The notes beneath the pieces were generated by a model. That model searched no databases. It had not been told where the DNA came from and saw nothing but the letters and a program-made list of their open reading frames with translations. DNA of 64,000 nt, from NCBI GenBank assembly GCA_038231275.1, contig JBBRLQ010000011.1:96001-160000 (forward strand), written 5' to 3'. Origin of the DNA: Polyangiales bacterium (GTDB lineage Bacteria; Myxococcota_A; Polyangia; Polyangiales; Polyangiaceae). Both the position numbers and the translations under genes were made by a program. This document shows, in pieces, positions 8,750 to 19,013 of the stretch (positions are counted from its first letter, which is position 1; each line of letters begins with the position of its first letter).

Positions 8750-9529
8750 TCACTCGCCCTTGAACTGCGCCTCGCGCTTCTGAGACCACGCCATGATGCC
8801 CTCGAGCACGTCGGCGGTCTTGAGGAGCTTGAGCTGCCCTTCGCGCTCGCGACGGAGCGCGCCCTCGAGGTCACCCCAGCTCGCGTAGAGCGCGCTCTTG
8901 ATCGCGGCGAAGGCGAGAGGCGGACCGCTCTCGAGCTCGCGCGCGATCTCCATCGCAGCTTCCCGCACCTCGCTGGGCGGGACGACCTTCACGACGAGTC
9001 CGAGTGACGCGAGCTCCGTCGCTTCGATCTTCTGCGCCAGCAGGATCATCTGCATCGCGCGCGCCGTGCCGACGAGCCGCGGCAACCAGAACGTTCCGCC
9101 GCCGTCGGGCATGAGGCCGATCTTGACGAACTTCTCCTGCACGTACGCCGTCGTGCTGGCGACGCGCAGATCGCATGCGAGGGCGAGATCGGCGCCGAAC
9201 CCCACGGCGGCCCCTTCGAGGAGCGCGAGTGTAGGCTTTGGGCAGCGGACGACGGCGCGCACGAGCGCGTGGTACTCGTCCATGTACGCGTCGAGCTTGT
9301 CCATCATGTCGGGATCGTCCATGAGGTTCCGGCGCAAGTCGGCGCCGGCGCAGAAGTGACCGCCCGCGCCCGTGAGCACGACGCATCGAACGTCTGCGCT
9401 CGTGGCCGCGTCGGTCAGAGCTTTGGTCAGCGCCTGGATGACGCCGCGGGTGAGGGCGTTCCGCGCATCGGGGCGGTTCAGGGTCACGATCCGCGTACGC
9501 GCGCTGTCTTCGATCAGGACTTCGCTCAT
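8750..9529 (-). CDS. Enoyl-CoA hydratase/isomerase family protein
   Basis: LNRP..RNAL, FCAGADL, ALACDLR, GLMPDGG. Confidence 0.92.
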   Translation of the reverse strand: MSEVLIEDSARTRIVTLNRPDARNALTRGVIQALTKALTDAATSADVRCVVLTGAGGHFCAGADLRRNLMDDPDMMDKLDAYMDEYHALVRAVVRCPKPTLALLEGAAVGFGADLALACDLRVASTTAYVQEKFVKIGLMPDGGGTFWLPRLVGTARAMQMILLAQKIEATELASLGLVVKVVPPSEVREAAMEIARELESGPPLAFAAIKSALYASWGDLEGALRREREGQLKLLKTADVLEGIMAWSQKREAQFKGE

Positions 9530-9550
9530 GGGCGCGCAGTCTACAACAGG

Positions 9551-10684
9551 CTAAACGCGTCGCAGGCCTTCGGGCGGCTTCCGATAGAAATCGGAGGCGA
9601 GGTACGCGCGAACGGCGCGCGTCACCAAGATCTTCACGACGGCGCCCAGTGGGACGGCGAGCAAGACCCCGAGGAAGCCGAAGAGGCTCGCGGCGGCCAT
9701 CATCGTCACGAGCACTTCGAGCGGCGCGAGGCCGACGCTGCGGCCGACGATGCGCGGCGTGATCACCATCCCGTCGAGCACCTGCACGCTGCCCATCACC
9801 ATGATGACGCCGAACACCGGACCAGGCCCGTGCCAGTCGAGGATCGACATCGCCGTCGCCAGGACGAGCCCGGTCGCGAAGCCGATGTACGGCACGAAGG
9901 CGAGCATCCCGGTGAGCACGCCGATCGGCACCGCGAGGCGGATGTCGACGAGGCGCAACCCCGTCGCGTAGAGCGCCGCGAGGACGATGTTCGCGGTGAG
10001 CTGGCCGCGCACGTAGCCGCCGAGCGTGCGGTGGATCTGCTTGGCCACGTCGGCGACCGGCGGGTGCCAGCGCCTCGGAACCAGCTCGCCGACGCGGCTC
10101 ACGATGCGATCGAAATCGATGAGCAGGTACAGCGCGAACACCGGAACGATGAGCGCGCTCAAGATGACGGCGACGTAGCTCAGCGTGCCGAAGAGGGCCG
10201 ACGACGCGGCGGCCGCCATGTTGGGGAACTGGCTCTGGAAGCGCGCGCCGAGCTCACGCCCTAGCTCGTTCATCGTATGGGGCAGCCGCACGTGGAACTG
10301 TTGCCAGATCCATGGATCGACCCGCAGCTCGAAGCGCTTGAACTGCTCGGGGAAATCAGCCGCCGCGACGCGCAGCTCGTCGAGCAGCAAGGGGATGCCA
10401 TACATCACGAGCACCGTGAGAAGGCTGAGGATGCCGACCATGACGAGCATCGCGCCGAGCGTGCGCGGGACCTTCACCGCCTCGAGCCGATCGACGAAGG
10501 GATCGAGCGCGTAGGCCAAAAGGAACGCGAGGAAGAGCGGGACCAAGACGCCGCGGAGCAGGTACGCGAGGCCGATCGCCAAGGCGACGCCGAGGACCAT
10601 CATCACGCGGCGGAACGTCAGCGTCGTCTGCGGCGCGCGGGGCGGCTCCGGCGGGGTCGGGTGCAGCGGAACGGCTTCGCTCAT
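9551..10684 (-). CDS. AI-2E family transporter
   Basis: AFLLAYALDP, YLLID, GYVRGQL, FVPYIG, PRIVG, GFLGVLLAVP. Confidence 0.92.
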   Translation of the reverse strand: MSEAVPLHPTPPEPPRAPQTTLTFRRVMMVLGVALAIGLAYLLRGVLVPLFLAFLLAYALDPFVDRLEAVKVPRTLGAMLVMVGILSLLTVLVMYGIPLLLDELRVAAADFPEQFKRFELRVDPWIWQQFHVRLPHTMNELGRELGARFQSQFPNMAAAASSALFGTLSYVAVILSALIVPVFALYLLIDFDRIVSRVGELVPRRWHPPVADVAKQIHRTLGGYVRGQLTANIVLAALYATGLRLVDIRLAVPIGVLTGMLAFVPYIGFATGLVLATAMSILDWHGPGPVFGVIMVMGSVQVLDGMVITPRIVGRSVGLAPLEVLVTMMAAASLFGFLGVLLAVPLGAVVKILVTRAVRAYLASDFYRKPPEGLRRV

Positions 10685-10725
10685 GGCGTCCGTCCACTCT
10701 ACCCGAACGTGCTACAGGCAGGGAC

Positions 10726-11613
10726 ATGACCGACGCAAGCGGCACCTTGGCGGCTCCCTTGCCCCGATTCGACGAGGACGCCCCGCGACCGGTGCCTCCG
10801 CTCGGCGAGCAGGACGGGACCACGATCACGCGCCTCGTCGGCATCATGCGGCGCCTCCTTGCGCCCGACGGGTGCCCGTGGGATCGCGAGCAGACGTACG
10901 AGACCCTCCGCAAATACACGCTCGAGGAGGCCTGCGAGGTCATCGACGCGATCGAAACGAACGATCGCAAGGCCCACGTCGAGGAGCTCGGCGATCTCCT
11001 CCTCCAGATCGTCTTCCAGGCGGAGCTCGCGCGCGCCGAGGGATCGTTCGCGCTCGACGACGTCGTGAGCGGCATCGTCGAGAAGCTCGTGCGCCGTCAT
11101 CCGCACGTCTTCGGCCACCTCGACGTCACGACCGCCGACGAGGTGCTCCGCAACTGGGAGAAGATCAAGGCGGCGGAGAAGAAGGGGCGCGGCATCCTCG
11201 GCGGTGTCCCGCGCAGCTTGCCGGCCCTCACGCGCGCGCAGCGCATCGGGGAGAAGGTCTCGCGCGTCGGCTTCGACTGGGAGGACCCACACGGGTCTCG
11301 CGCGAAGGTCGACGAAGAGATGGGCGAGCTCACGCGCGCCATCGCGAGCGGCGACAAGGCGCACGTCGAAGAGGAGCTCGGAGACGTGCTCTTCGCGCTC
11401 GTCAACCTCGCGCGGCACGTCGACGTCGACGCGGAGGGGGCCTTGCGTCGAACGATCGACAAGTTCACGCGCCGCTTCGCGCACGTCGAGAAGCGTGTCC
11501 ACGAGAAGCACGACGGCTGGGGCGATCCGACCGAGCCGGGGCACACGACGATTCCGCTCACCGTCCTCGACGGCTACTGGGAAGAGGCGAAGAAGGCCGA
11601 ACGGGGCGGCTGA
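10726..11613 (+). CDS. mazG: Nucleoside triphosphate pyrophosphohydrolase MazG
   Basis: GCPWDREQT, EELGDLL, KLVRRHPHVFG, GFDW, second EELGD. Confidence 0.95.
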   Translation: MTDASGTLAAPLPRFDEDAPRPVPPLGEQDGTTITRLVGIMRRLLAPDGCPWDREQTYETLRKYTLEEACEVIDAIETNDRKAHVEELGDLLLQIVFQAELARAEGSFALDDVVSGIVEKLVRRHPHVFGHLDVTTADEVLRNWEKIKAAEKKGRGILGGVPRSLPALTRAQRIGEKVSRVGFDWEDPHGSRAKVDEEMGELTRAIASGDKAHVEEELGDVLFALVNLARHVDVDAEGALRRTIDKFTRRFAHVEKRVHEKHDGWGDPTEPGHTTIPLTVLDGYWEEAKKAERGG

Positions 11614-11651
11614 GGCCGAGCGGGGCGCCGTCTGCTAAGCTGCGCCGCCCC

Positions 11652-13484
11652 ATGAAACGCCTCGCCCACGCGCTCGCTTGCTCGGCCGTCGCCACGATCT
11701 TCGGCTGCGCCGACGCCCTTCCGCCGAAGCTCCCCCCGCCGACGACCGCGACGCCGCACGAGGCCCCGGTCGCCGCCGTGAAGGAGGAGCGCCCGAGCGG
11801 CGCGTTCGAGCCGGAGCTCTTCCGGACGGCGATCGCGCAGAGCCTCGAGGCGTATTTCGTCGCGCGACCGCAGCGCGCGTCGCGTGTGGGCGAGCACCGC
11901 TTCGACCCGCAGTGGCCCGACGTCAGCGAGGCCGGCAGCGCGCGCGTGGCCGACGACTTTCGCGTGCGCGCACAGGGCCTGCGGACCATCGCGGCGATCG
12001 CGCCGGAGACCGCGAGCCCGGCCGACGCCGAGACCGATCACCCGCGCCTCGACGCGACGCTGCTCGCCGACGCGCTCGAGGCCGACGCGTTCGAGGCCAA
12101 GATGATCCGGCCCATCGAGCGCGATCCGTCGTGGATCGTCGGTCTCGTCGGCGACGGCGTCTCCTCCCTCACGTCGCACGCCTACGCGCCTGCGCACGAT
12201 CGGCTCAACGCTCTGGACGAGCGCCTCGCGCAGGTGCCGGCGCTCCTCAAGACGGCGCGCGAGCGGCTGAAGACGCCGGTGCGCGCGGGGGTCGAGGTGA
12301 TGCAAGTCGGCGCCGGCGCGCTCGCGAAGTCCTTCCGCGACGGCTACGCCAACGTCGACACGAAGGATCTCGCCGGCGACGTCGCGCTCAAGGGGCGCCT
12401 CAAGAAGAACGCCGAGGCCGCGGCGACCGCCCTCGAGACGTACGCCGCCGACGTCGTGAAACAGTTCCCGCCGGCATCGTTGCAAAATACAGGCATCGGC
12501 GCGGAGGCATGGTCGACGCTGGCGAGGCTGCATGACGGCGTCACCGAGTCGCCCGCCGAGGTCCGGAGAATGGGTGAGGCGGAGATCGCGCGCCTCACCG
12601 CCGAGCTCGACAAGGTCCTCGCCGAGTCGGGCAAGCCCGGCGAGACGCGCGCCAAGCTCCTCGCCCGCATGCAGGAGGACACTCCGAAGCCCGACAAGGT
12701 GCTCGAGGACTATCGCGCCGCCAACAAGGGCGTCGAGGAGTGGCTCCGCAGTCACAAATTCGTGACGGTGCCGTGGGACAGGGCCAAGCTCGCCATCGTG
12801 CAGTCGCCGCCGCACAAGCGCGGAGTCTCGTTCGCGAGCCTCAACGCCGCCGGTCCGCTCGACGCGATCAGCGACGCGCAGTTCGAGGTGAACATCCCCG
12901 ACGCCTCGATGCCGCCCGAGCGCCGCGCAGGGCTCCTCCACTTTCACGCCCATGGCGCGCTCGAGAACGTCAGCATCCACGAAGCGATCCCCGGGCACTA
13001 CCTCCACGCGCTCCACATTCGCCAGACCAGCTCCAAGGTTCGCAAGGTCTTCTGGAGCAGCGTGACCGGGGAAGGGTGGGCGCACTACTGCGAGCAGGCG
13101 CTCCTCGACGAGGGGTACACGACGGGCGATCCGGTGCGCATGCGTGTCTTCTACCTTCGGTCTGCGCTCCAGCGCGCCGCGCGCGTGGTCGTCGACGTCG
13201 GCTTGAACGACGGCTCGCTCACCTTCGATCAGGCTTTGAAGGTCCTCGAAGAGAGCGCGCTGCTCTCGCCCGAGGCCGCCAAGATCGAGGCGCGGCGCGC
13301 CGTCGTGTGGCCGGCGAACATGTACTCGTACACCTATGGCAAGCTCGCGATCCTGAAGCTGCGCGATCGGGTGAAGGCCAAAGAGAAGGAGCGCTTCGAT
13401 CTCGTCTCGTTCCACGATCGACTCCTCTCGCTCGGCTCGGTCCCGATTCGCTACATCGGCCCGACCGCGTTCGGGGTGGAGTAG
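11652..13484 (+). CDS. DUF885 family lipoprotein
   Basis: Lipobox IFGC; HEAIPGH, EGWAHY.E, R.VVDVGL, SYTYG, FHD.LL motifs. Confidence 0.9.
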   Translation: MKRLAHALACSAVATIFGCADALPPKLPPPTTATPHEAPVAAVKEERPSGAFEPELFRTAIAQSLEAYFVARPQRASRVGEHRFDPQWPDVSEAGSARVADDFRVRAQGLRTIAAIAPETASPADAETDHPRLDATLLADALEADAFEAKMIRPIERDPSWIVGLVGDGVSSLTSHAYAPAHDRLNALDERLAQVPALLKTARERLKTPVRAGVEVMQVGAGALAKSFRDGYANVDTKDLAGDVALKGRLKKNAEAAATALETYAADVVKQFPPASLQNTGIGAEAWSTLARLHDGVTESPAEVRRMGEAEIARLTAELDKVLAESGKPGETRAKLLARMQEDTPKPDKVLEDYRAANKGVEEWLRSHKFVTVPWDRAKLAIVQSPPHKRGVSFASLNAAGPLDAISDAQFEVNIPDASMPPERRAGLLHFHAHGALENVSIHEAIPGHYLHALHIRQTSSKVRKVFWSSVTGEGWAHYCEQALLDEGYTTGDPVRMRVFYLRSALQRAARVVVDVGLNDGSLTFDQALKVLEESALLSPEAAKIEARRAVVWPANMYSYTYGKLAILKLRDRVKAKEKERFDLVSFHDRLLSLGSVPIRYIGPTAFGVE

Positions 13485-13487
13485 GCC

Positions 13488-14669
13488 GTGGCGACGCACA
13501 CGAAGATGGGGATCGGCCCTCTCGCGCGCACGCCCGAGGAGTGGGCGCAGGCGGTCCTCCCGCTCGGGGGTCGCTCGTTCCACGGCAAATCCGTCTTCAA
13601 GTGGCTCCATGGCCGGGGGATCACGTCGCCCGAGGAAATGACCGATCTGCCCAAGTCGCTCCGCGCAAAGCTCACGGAGGCCGGCGTCGGCCCGGTGCTC
13701 GAGATCGTCCAGGAGCGCCGCGCCCTCGACGACACGCGCAAGCTCCTCGTCAAGATGAAGGACGGCGCGACCGTGGAGACCGTGCTCATTCCGGCAGTGA
13801 CCGGTGGTCGTAGCGATCTGCCGAACCCGGTGGAAGAGGACGCCGACGCCGCCGCGGCGGTCGACGACGAAGAGGAGAGCCCCGAGCCGGTCGCCGATGG
13901 ACCGGTGCGCGTCACGCAGTGCATCTCCACGCAGGTCGGTTGCGCGATGGGTTGCGTCTTTTGCGCCAGCGGCGTCGCGGGCCTGAAGCGCCACATGAGC
14001 GCGGACGAGATCATCGCCCAGGTGATCCTCGGCCGCTCGCGCCTCGACGAGGGCGAGCAGCTTCGCAACGTCGTCTTCATGGGAATGGGCGAGCCGCTCC
14101 ACAACTACGACGCGACGACGCGCGTGCTCCGTCTCCTCACGAACGCCGACGGCATCGGCCTCTCGTCGCGGCGAATCACGATATCGACGAGCGGCCTCGT
14201 GCCGGAGATTGCGCGCCTCGGCGAGGACTTCGCGGGCCAGGTCGGCCTCGCGATCTCGCTCCACGCCGCCGACGACGAGACGCGCACGCGCCTCATGCCG
14301 ATCAACAAGAAATATCCCCTCGCGACGCTCATGACGGCGCTGCGCGCGTATCCGCTGCCCAAGCGACGGCGAATCACGATCGAGTACACGCTCGTGGCGG
14401 GAAAGAACGACGCGCCGGAGGAGGCGAAGAAGCTCGTGAAGTTGCTGCGCGGCCTCCAGGTGAAGATCAACCTGATCCCGATGAACCCGATCGAGACCTC
14501 CACGCTCGGGCCGCCGGACCTTGCGGGCGTCCTCGCGTTCCAGCGCATCCTCTGCGACGCCGGGTATTCGTGCTTCATCCGCCGTCGCCGCGGGGACGAG
14601 GTGGACGCGGCGTGCGGGCAGCTCGCGATCCTCGGGGCGAAGCGCAAGGTGAAGGTCGACCGGAGCTGA
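13488..14669 (+). CDS. rlmN: 23S rRNA (A2503-C2)/tRNA methyltransferase RlmN
   Basis: CISTQVGCAMGCVFC radical SAM motif, MGMGEPL, ISLHA, NLIP, AACGQL. Confidence 0.95.
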   Translation: MATHTKMGIGPLARTPEEWAQAVLPLGGRSFHGKSVFKWLHGRGITSPEEMTDLPKSLRAKLTEAGVGPVLEIVQERRALDDTRKLLVKMKDGATVETVLIPAVTGGRSDLPNPVEEDADAAAAVDDEEESPEPVADGPVRVTQCISTQVGCAMGCVFCASGVAGLKRHMSADEIIAQVILGRSRLDEGEQLRNVVFMGMGEPLHNYDATTRVLRLLTNADGIGLSSRRITISTSGLVPEIARLGEDFAGQVGLAISLHAADDETRTRLMPINKKYPLATLMTALRAYPLPKRRRITIEYTLVAGKNDAPEEAKKLVKLLRGLQVKINLIPMNPIETSTLGPPDLAGVLAFQRILCDAGYSCFIRRRRGDEVDAACGQLAILGAKRKVKVDRS

Positions 14670-14697
14670 CCGCGGAAGTTGCTCTATGCTCCGGCCG

Positions 14698-15300
14698 GTG
14701 AAGCGGCTCGGCGTCTCGTGGACCCTGATCGCGCTCGGCGTCCTGTCGGCGAGGGACGCGCGCGCCGCGGACGCGCCGTCGTCCTCGGCGGCCCAGGAGA
14801 CGAAGACCGGGTATGTGCAGCTCTTCGCGACGGCGTTCGTGGGCGATGGGCTGCGGTTCAATAACCCGTACCGCCTCGCGACGCCGCTGGGATCGAGCGC
14901 AGAGAGCGTCTCGCGGACGGCGGCGTACACCGACGTGGGGCTCGGCGCGACGCTCGGATCGCCGACGTGGCTCCAGCACGGCCTCGCGCTTCGCATGTCG
15001 TTCGCGCTCGAGGGAGTTCGCCAGGCGGTGCTCACGCCGGCCTACCAAGTCTGGCGACGATGGACGAGCTGGGCCGTTTATGGTCGCGCCGGCGTTCCGA
15101 TCGTCCTGTCCCCGACGACGACGTGGGGCCTCGAGACGGGCTTGGGATGCGTGTACTTTCCACGCGCGGGCATCGGCGTCGCGGCGGAGATCGTGGGCGA
15201 CGTCTTCTACGGCGCGGGCACGCGGGAGGTCGCGACGCCGGCCTACCCGATCGCAAGCGGCCAGCTCGGCGTGATCGTCGCGTACGAGGTGCTCCCGTGA
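14698..15300 (+). CDS. Secreted hypothetical protein, probable small OM beta-barrel (alternative start 14686)
   Basis: Signal peptide (ARA), GLRFNNPYRL, alternating beta strands; TATGCT box 7 nt before GTG 14698. Confidence 0.7.
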   Translation: MKRLGVSWTLIALGVLSARDARAADAPSSSAAQETKTGYVQLFATAFVGDGLRFNNPYRLATPLGSSAESVSRTAAYTDVGLGATLGSPTWLQHGLALRMSFALEGVRQAVLTPAYQVWRRWTSWAVYGRAGVPIVLSPTTTWGLETGLGCVYFPRAGIGVAAEIVGDVFYGAGTREVATPAYPIASGQLGVIVAYEVLP

Positions 15301-15677
15301 TTCGGCGAAGCACGCTGGCGGTCGGCGCCGGGCTCTTCCTCGTGCTCGGCACCGGCCCTACCGTCGGCGACGTCGGCGGGTGCGGGCGTACGGCGACCGC
15401 GCTCGACGAGGCCGCGTTCGCGCACGGGCGCAAGGTGGTCGACTGCCGGCGCTGCGGAGACTGCGGTCTCTCGACGGCGCGATGCCAGCGCGCGTGCGAC
15501 CTGAAGGCCCCGGGCGATGCCGTCTTCCCCACGACGTGCCGCCCACTTCGTCACGATGGCGAGGTGTGCCTCGACGCCCTCCTCGCGGCGTCCTGCAGCG
15601 ACTACGCCTTCTACGTCGACGACGGGTCGCGCGCCGTCCCGAGCGAGTGCGAGTTCTGCCGCGAGGCCACGCCGTGA
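15297..15677 (+). CDS. Small Cys-rich exported protein
   Basis: GTGA overlaps on both sides; hydrophobic N-terminus, VGGCG, numerous Cys. Confidence 0.7.
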   Translation: MIRRSTLAVGAGLFLVLGTGPTVGDVGGCGRTATALDEAAFAHGRKVVDCRRCGDCGLSTARCQRACDLKAPGDAVFPTTCRPLRHDGEVCLDALLAASCSDYAFYVDDGSRAVPSECEFCREATP

Positions 15678-16642
15678 GCGTCCTTCGCGCGCTGATGGTC
15701 TCGCTCGCGGCCCTCCCGCTCGGCTGCGCGATGGGCCGGCAGCTCGTCGCCGGCGACGCGGATTTTCGGGACTACCGTGCGTTTCGGATGGCCGCCGCCG
15801 AGGGGCCGCGCCTCTCCCGCGCCTCCGCGTACCTCGACGTGCATCCCCAAGGCGAGTGGGCCCCGGAGGTCCGAGCCGCGTTCGACGCCGAGGAGCCGGC
15901 GTTCTTCGAGCGGTGCCAAGCGTCGCGTGAGACCGCGCGAGAGTACCTCGTCGATCTGCCGAACGGCCCGCACGCCGCCGCGGCGATGGCGCTGCTCGTC
16001 GAGTACTCGATGAAGGTCGAGGACCTCGCCACCGCGCGCCTCCTCCGCGACGCGCGCCGCACCGAGGCGAAGCTCGAGGCAGCGGCCGGTCGCCGGCGCG
16101 CGGTGGGGGAGGCGATCCTCACGGCGACCGGCGCGCTCCTCGCCGAGGGCGTGTATGGTACACGCATCGAGGATTCGCCGGCCGCGCTCCGGCGCGTGCT
16201 GGGCGGCGAGGCGGCCGTCTCGTGGGGAACGACTCCCGCGCGGCGCGACGCCGACTACTTCTTCGTCATCCCGACCCCCGAAGGGCGACAAGAGCGCGTC
16301 GCGACCCTCACGGTCCGCGTGGTCCTCGACGCTGGCGTGATCGTCGAGGGAAGGATCGAGGGTCTCGATCTGTTCGTGCGGTGGGACGAGTCCGACCTCG
16401 TCCGGCCCCTCGATGCTTCCGCCCCCAACCATCGCTCCGAGGCCGCGTTTCACGCGCAAGAGCAGCTCACCGGCGCGCTCGAGGCTCGCCTGCCTGCCGC
16501 GCGCTGCGGCGAGCAGCGGCGTCCCGGCGAGCTCGTGCATCGGGCGTGCGACGGATGGACCGCCACGGTCGCCTGGGGTCAGGTCGAAGGCGAGCCCGAC
16601 GTGGTCTCGATCCGGGGCCCGGCGCTCCAGAAAATGCGGTAA
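15674..16642 (+). CDS. Hypothetical lipoprotein
   Basis: GTG overlap; lipobox PLGC; YL..HP.G and YL..LPNG helical repeats. Confidence 0.7.
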   Translation: MSVLRALMVSLAALPLGCAMGRQLVAGDADFRDYRAFRMAAAEGPRLSRASAYLDVHPQGEWAPEVRAAFDAEEPAFFERCQASRETAREYLVDLPNGPHAAAAMALLVEYSMKVEDLATARLLRDARRTEAKLEAAAGRRRAVGEAILTATGALLAEGVYGTRIEDSPAALRRVLGGEAAVSWGTTPARRDADYFFVIPTPEGRQERVATLTVRVVLDAGVIVEGRIEGLDLFVRWDESDLVRPLDASAPNHRSEAAFHAQEQLTGALEARLPAARCGEQRRPGELVHRACDGWTATVAWGQVEGEPDVVSIRGPALQKMR

Positions 16643-16657
16643 GAGGGTGGCCCGTCG

Positions 16658-17599
16658 ATGATCCCGTACATTCACGTCCCGGACCTGAAGCTCTTCGGCC
16701 TGACGCTGCACCCGTTCGGGCTCCTCGTCGCCACCGGGGTCATCATCGGCACCGCCCTCGCGACCCGCCGCGCGCGCAAGCGCGGCTTCGATCTCGACAA
16801 GCTGAACTCGTTCATCACGTGGATGCTCGTCGCCGGCTTCATCGGTGGCCATGTCTTGGACGAAATCTTCTACCACCCCGACGAGATCCTGAAGCGGCCC
16901 CACTCGCTCCTCATGCTGTGGGAGGGGCTGAGCTCCTTCGGCGGCTTCACGGGCGCCTTCATCGGCATCGTGCTGTGGAAGTACCTCGGTCCTCGCAACG
17001 TCAAGGTCGGTCCCATCAACGTGCCGTGGGTCTACGTCCGCACCGAGCGGCAGCCCATTCTTCCGTTCGCGGACTTGATCCTGTCGGTCTTTCCCGTGGC
17101 GTGGATCTTCGGGCGGAGCGGCTGCACAGTGGTCCACGATCATCCGGGCGCGTTCGCGGCGCCCGACGCGATGTTCGCGGTGGCGTACGGGCGCGGGCCG
17201 AGCACGCACTACGGGCCGATCGAGCTCATCATGGGCAACCGCCCCCAGTACGATCTCGGCCTCCTCGAGCTCATGTTCACGATCGTCCTGGCGGGGATGA
17301 TCGCGCTCACGTGGCGACGCAAGCTGCCGACGGGCACCTACGTCGTCGTCACAGCGCTCGCCTACGCGCCGGTCCGGTTCGCGATGGACTTTCTCCGCGT
17401 CCACGACATCGACGGCGCCGATCCACGCTACGGCGGCCTCACGCCCGCGCAGTGGGAGTGCACCGCGCTCTTCCTCTTCGGCCTCTACATGCTCTTCCAC
17501 GTGCGCCGCATCGTGAAGACGGGCAACGATCCGGCCCGCTTCATCATGGCACCGAAGGAGCCAGCGCCCGCGCCCGAAGGCGACGCCGCGTCGGCCTGA
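16658..17599 (+). CDS. lgt: Prolipoprotein diacylglyceryl transferase
   Basis: HPFGLL, WEGLSSFGGF, GRSGC...DH.G, RF.MDFLR; multiple TMs. Confidence 0.88.
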   Translation: MIPYIHVPDLKLFGLTLHPFGLLVATGVIIGTALATRRARKRGFDLDKLNSFITWMLVAGFIGGHVLDEIFYHPDEILKRPHSLLMLWEGLSSFGGFTGAFIGIVLWKYLGPRNVKVGPINVPWVYVRTERQPILPFADLILSVFPVAWIFGRSGCTVVHDHPGAFAAPDAMFAVAYGRGPSTHYGPIELIMGNRPQYDLGLLELMFTIVLAGMIALTWRRKLPTGTYVVVTALAYAPVRFAMDFLRVHDIDGADPRYGGLTPAQWECTALFLFGLYMLFHVRRIVKTGNDPARFIMAPKEPAPAPEGDAASA

Positions 17600-17700
17600 C
17601 CACGCCCACCTCGCACCGAGCAATGGCGCCGGTGGCGAGCACGGCACGGCGTGGCACACACGAACCGCACGAATTCTGCGGTTTTCGCGAGAGACGGGGT

Positions 17701-17716
17701 GGGCACGTCGCTTGCT
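17701..17716 (+). promoter_or_regulatory. sigma54 (-24/-12) promoter
   Basis: GGGCACGTCGCTTGCT matches GGCACG-N4-TTGC; upstream palindrome AACCGCA-N7-TGCGGTT (17663-17683). Confidence 0.65.
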
Positions 17717-17729
17717 CTAGCGGGGGACG

Positions 17730-19004
17730 ATGCGACACGCACTCCCCACCTTCCTTGGCCTCGCCCTCGTCATCTCCGCGGTCGCCTGCAGCGGCTCGAA
17801 GTCCGCGTCGACCGCTGCGGTGGCGAACGGCGCTCCGCCCAGCACTCCTGCGTCCGTGAGCTGCGCAAGCTTCGCGAGCCCGACGGCCACCGCCAGCTCG
17901 CGCGCGCTCCTCTACTCGACCCTCACGGCAACGACGTGGACGAACACGTATTGCGGCTCCTCGTGTCTCTCGCTCACGCTCGGCCAGGGCGGTGGGTACA
18001 CGCTCTCGTTTCCGTCCGGCTACTACGGCGGAACGTCGATCGAGTCCCACGTCGATAGCGGCTCGTGGAACTTCGCGGTCATCGACTCCACGCGCGGCGT
18101 CGTGTGCCTCGACGGCGCGGTCGCGACGCCCACGCGTCCCGGCGGGCAGGCGAACTTGCCGAGCGTCCTTCACTTCGAGCTTCCGACGTCGGGCCGAGGC
18201 CAGCAGTTGCTCCGGATCGGTCCCTACGGCTTCACCGCCGGCGAATCGCAGTCGCGCACCAGCGCCGCCGCCGACGCGCTCCCCAACGTCGCCGTTTCGC
18301 CGGCCTTCGCGGCGCTCGCGGGCGCGACGTGGAGCAAGACCAACGCGTTCGATCCCACCACCGCCCCGCAGGCGTTCATCTTCGACGCGAGCGGCCGCTT
18401 CACCGCGACGTTCGGCGGAGGCGCGTGCACGCAATCGGGCACGATCTCGATCGATCGCGACACGATGCTCACGACGAGCGATCAGGGTCAGACATGCACG
18501 GGCAACAGCTACCCAGGCCGCGTCCCCAACCAGGTCGTGCCCGGCTTCTTCGACGATCTGCTCGTCCTCGGCCAGGGCTCGTACCGCCGCAGCGACGCGG
18601 CGGCAGGGAAGCCCAACGCGTTCGTCTTCGATCCGTACGGCCAGTCGGTGCGCGTCACCGGCACCTACGATGGCGCCCTCAAGGCCGGCGCGGCGACGAC
18701 GATCGCGCTCACCTTCGAGAACGCCGATCCGGCCCTGATCCGCACGCTCGGCACGTTTACGGCGACCATCCAGCCCGCGACGGTGAACTACGGCCAGGCC
18801 CAGACGGCGGGAAAGCTCGTGCCCCTCGGCAGCGTCGACCTCGCCGGCGTCACCCTCGGACCGGGCGAGAAGCACTACGCGACGATCGCCGTCACCCCGC
18901 CCGCCGCGGGCGACACCTTCGCGCTTCAGATGCGCGTCACGTTCGCCGACGTCACGAAGAAGTACGACGGCGAGCACACCTTCATGACCGCCGTGACGCA
19001 ATAG
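17730..19004 (+). CDS. Hypothetical beta-rich, Ser/Thr-rich lipoprotein
   Basis: Lipobox AVAC; good codon bias; Ig-like-looking C-terminus. Confidence 0.75.
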   Translation: MRHALPTFLGLALVISAVACSGSKSASTAAVANGAPPSTPASVSCASFASPTATASSRALLYSTLTATTWTNTYCGSSCLSLTLGQGGGYTLSFPSGYYGGTSIESHVDSGSWNFAVIDSTRGVVCLDGAVATPTRPGGQANLPSVLHFELPTSGRGQQLLRIGPYGFTAGESQSRTSAAADALPNVAVSPAFAALAGATWSKTNAFDPTTAPQAFIFDASGRFTATFGGGACTQSGTISIDRDTMLTTSDQGQTCTGNSYPGRVPNQVVPGFFDDLLVLGQGSYRRSDAAAGKPNAFVFDPYGQSVRVTGTYDGALKAGAATTIALTFENADPALIRTLGTFTATIQPATVNYGQAQTAGKLVPLGSVDLAGVTLGPGEKHYATIAVTPPAAGDTFALQMRVTFADVTKKYDGEHTFMTAVTQ

Positions 19005-19013
19005 CGCAGAGCC

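Noticed and set aside
10726..11613. MazG as part of a phage defence or toxin-antitoxin system
   Set aside because: Ordinary tandem-domain housekeeping MazG, with no mazEF or defence genes nearby.
11574..15035. 1153 aa minus-strand ORF (and similar long ORFs such as 46123..49506, 38533..40836, 15611..17659)
   Set aside because: Antisense shadows of well-supported genes; Arg/Ala/Gly-rich with no motifs, as expected in high-GC DNA.
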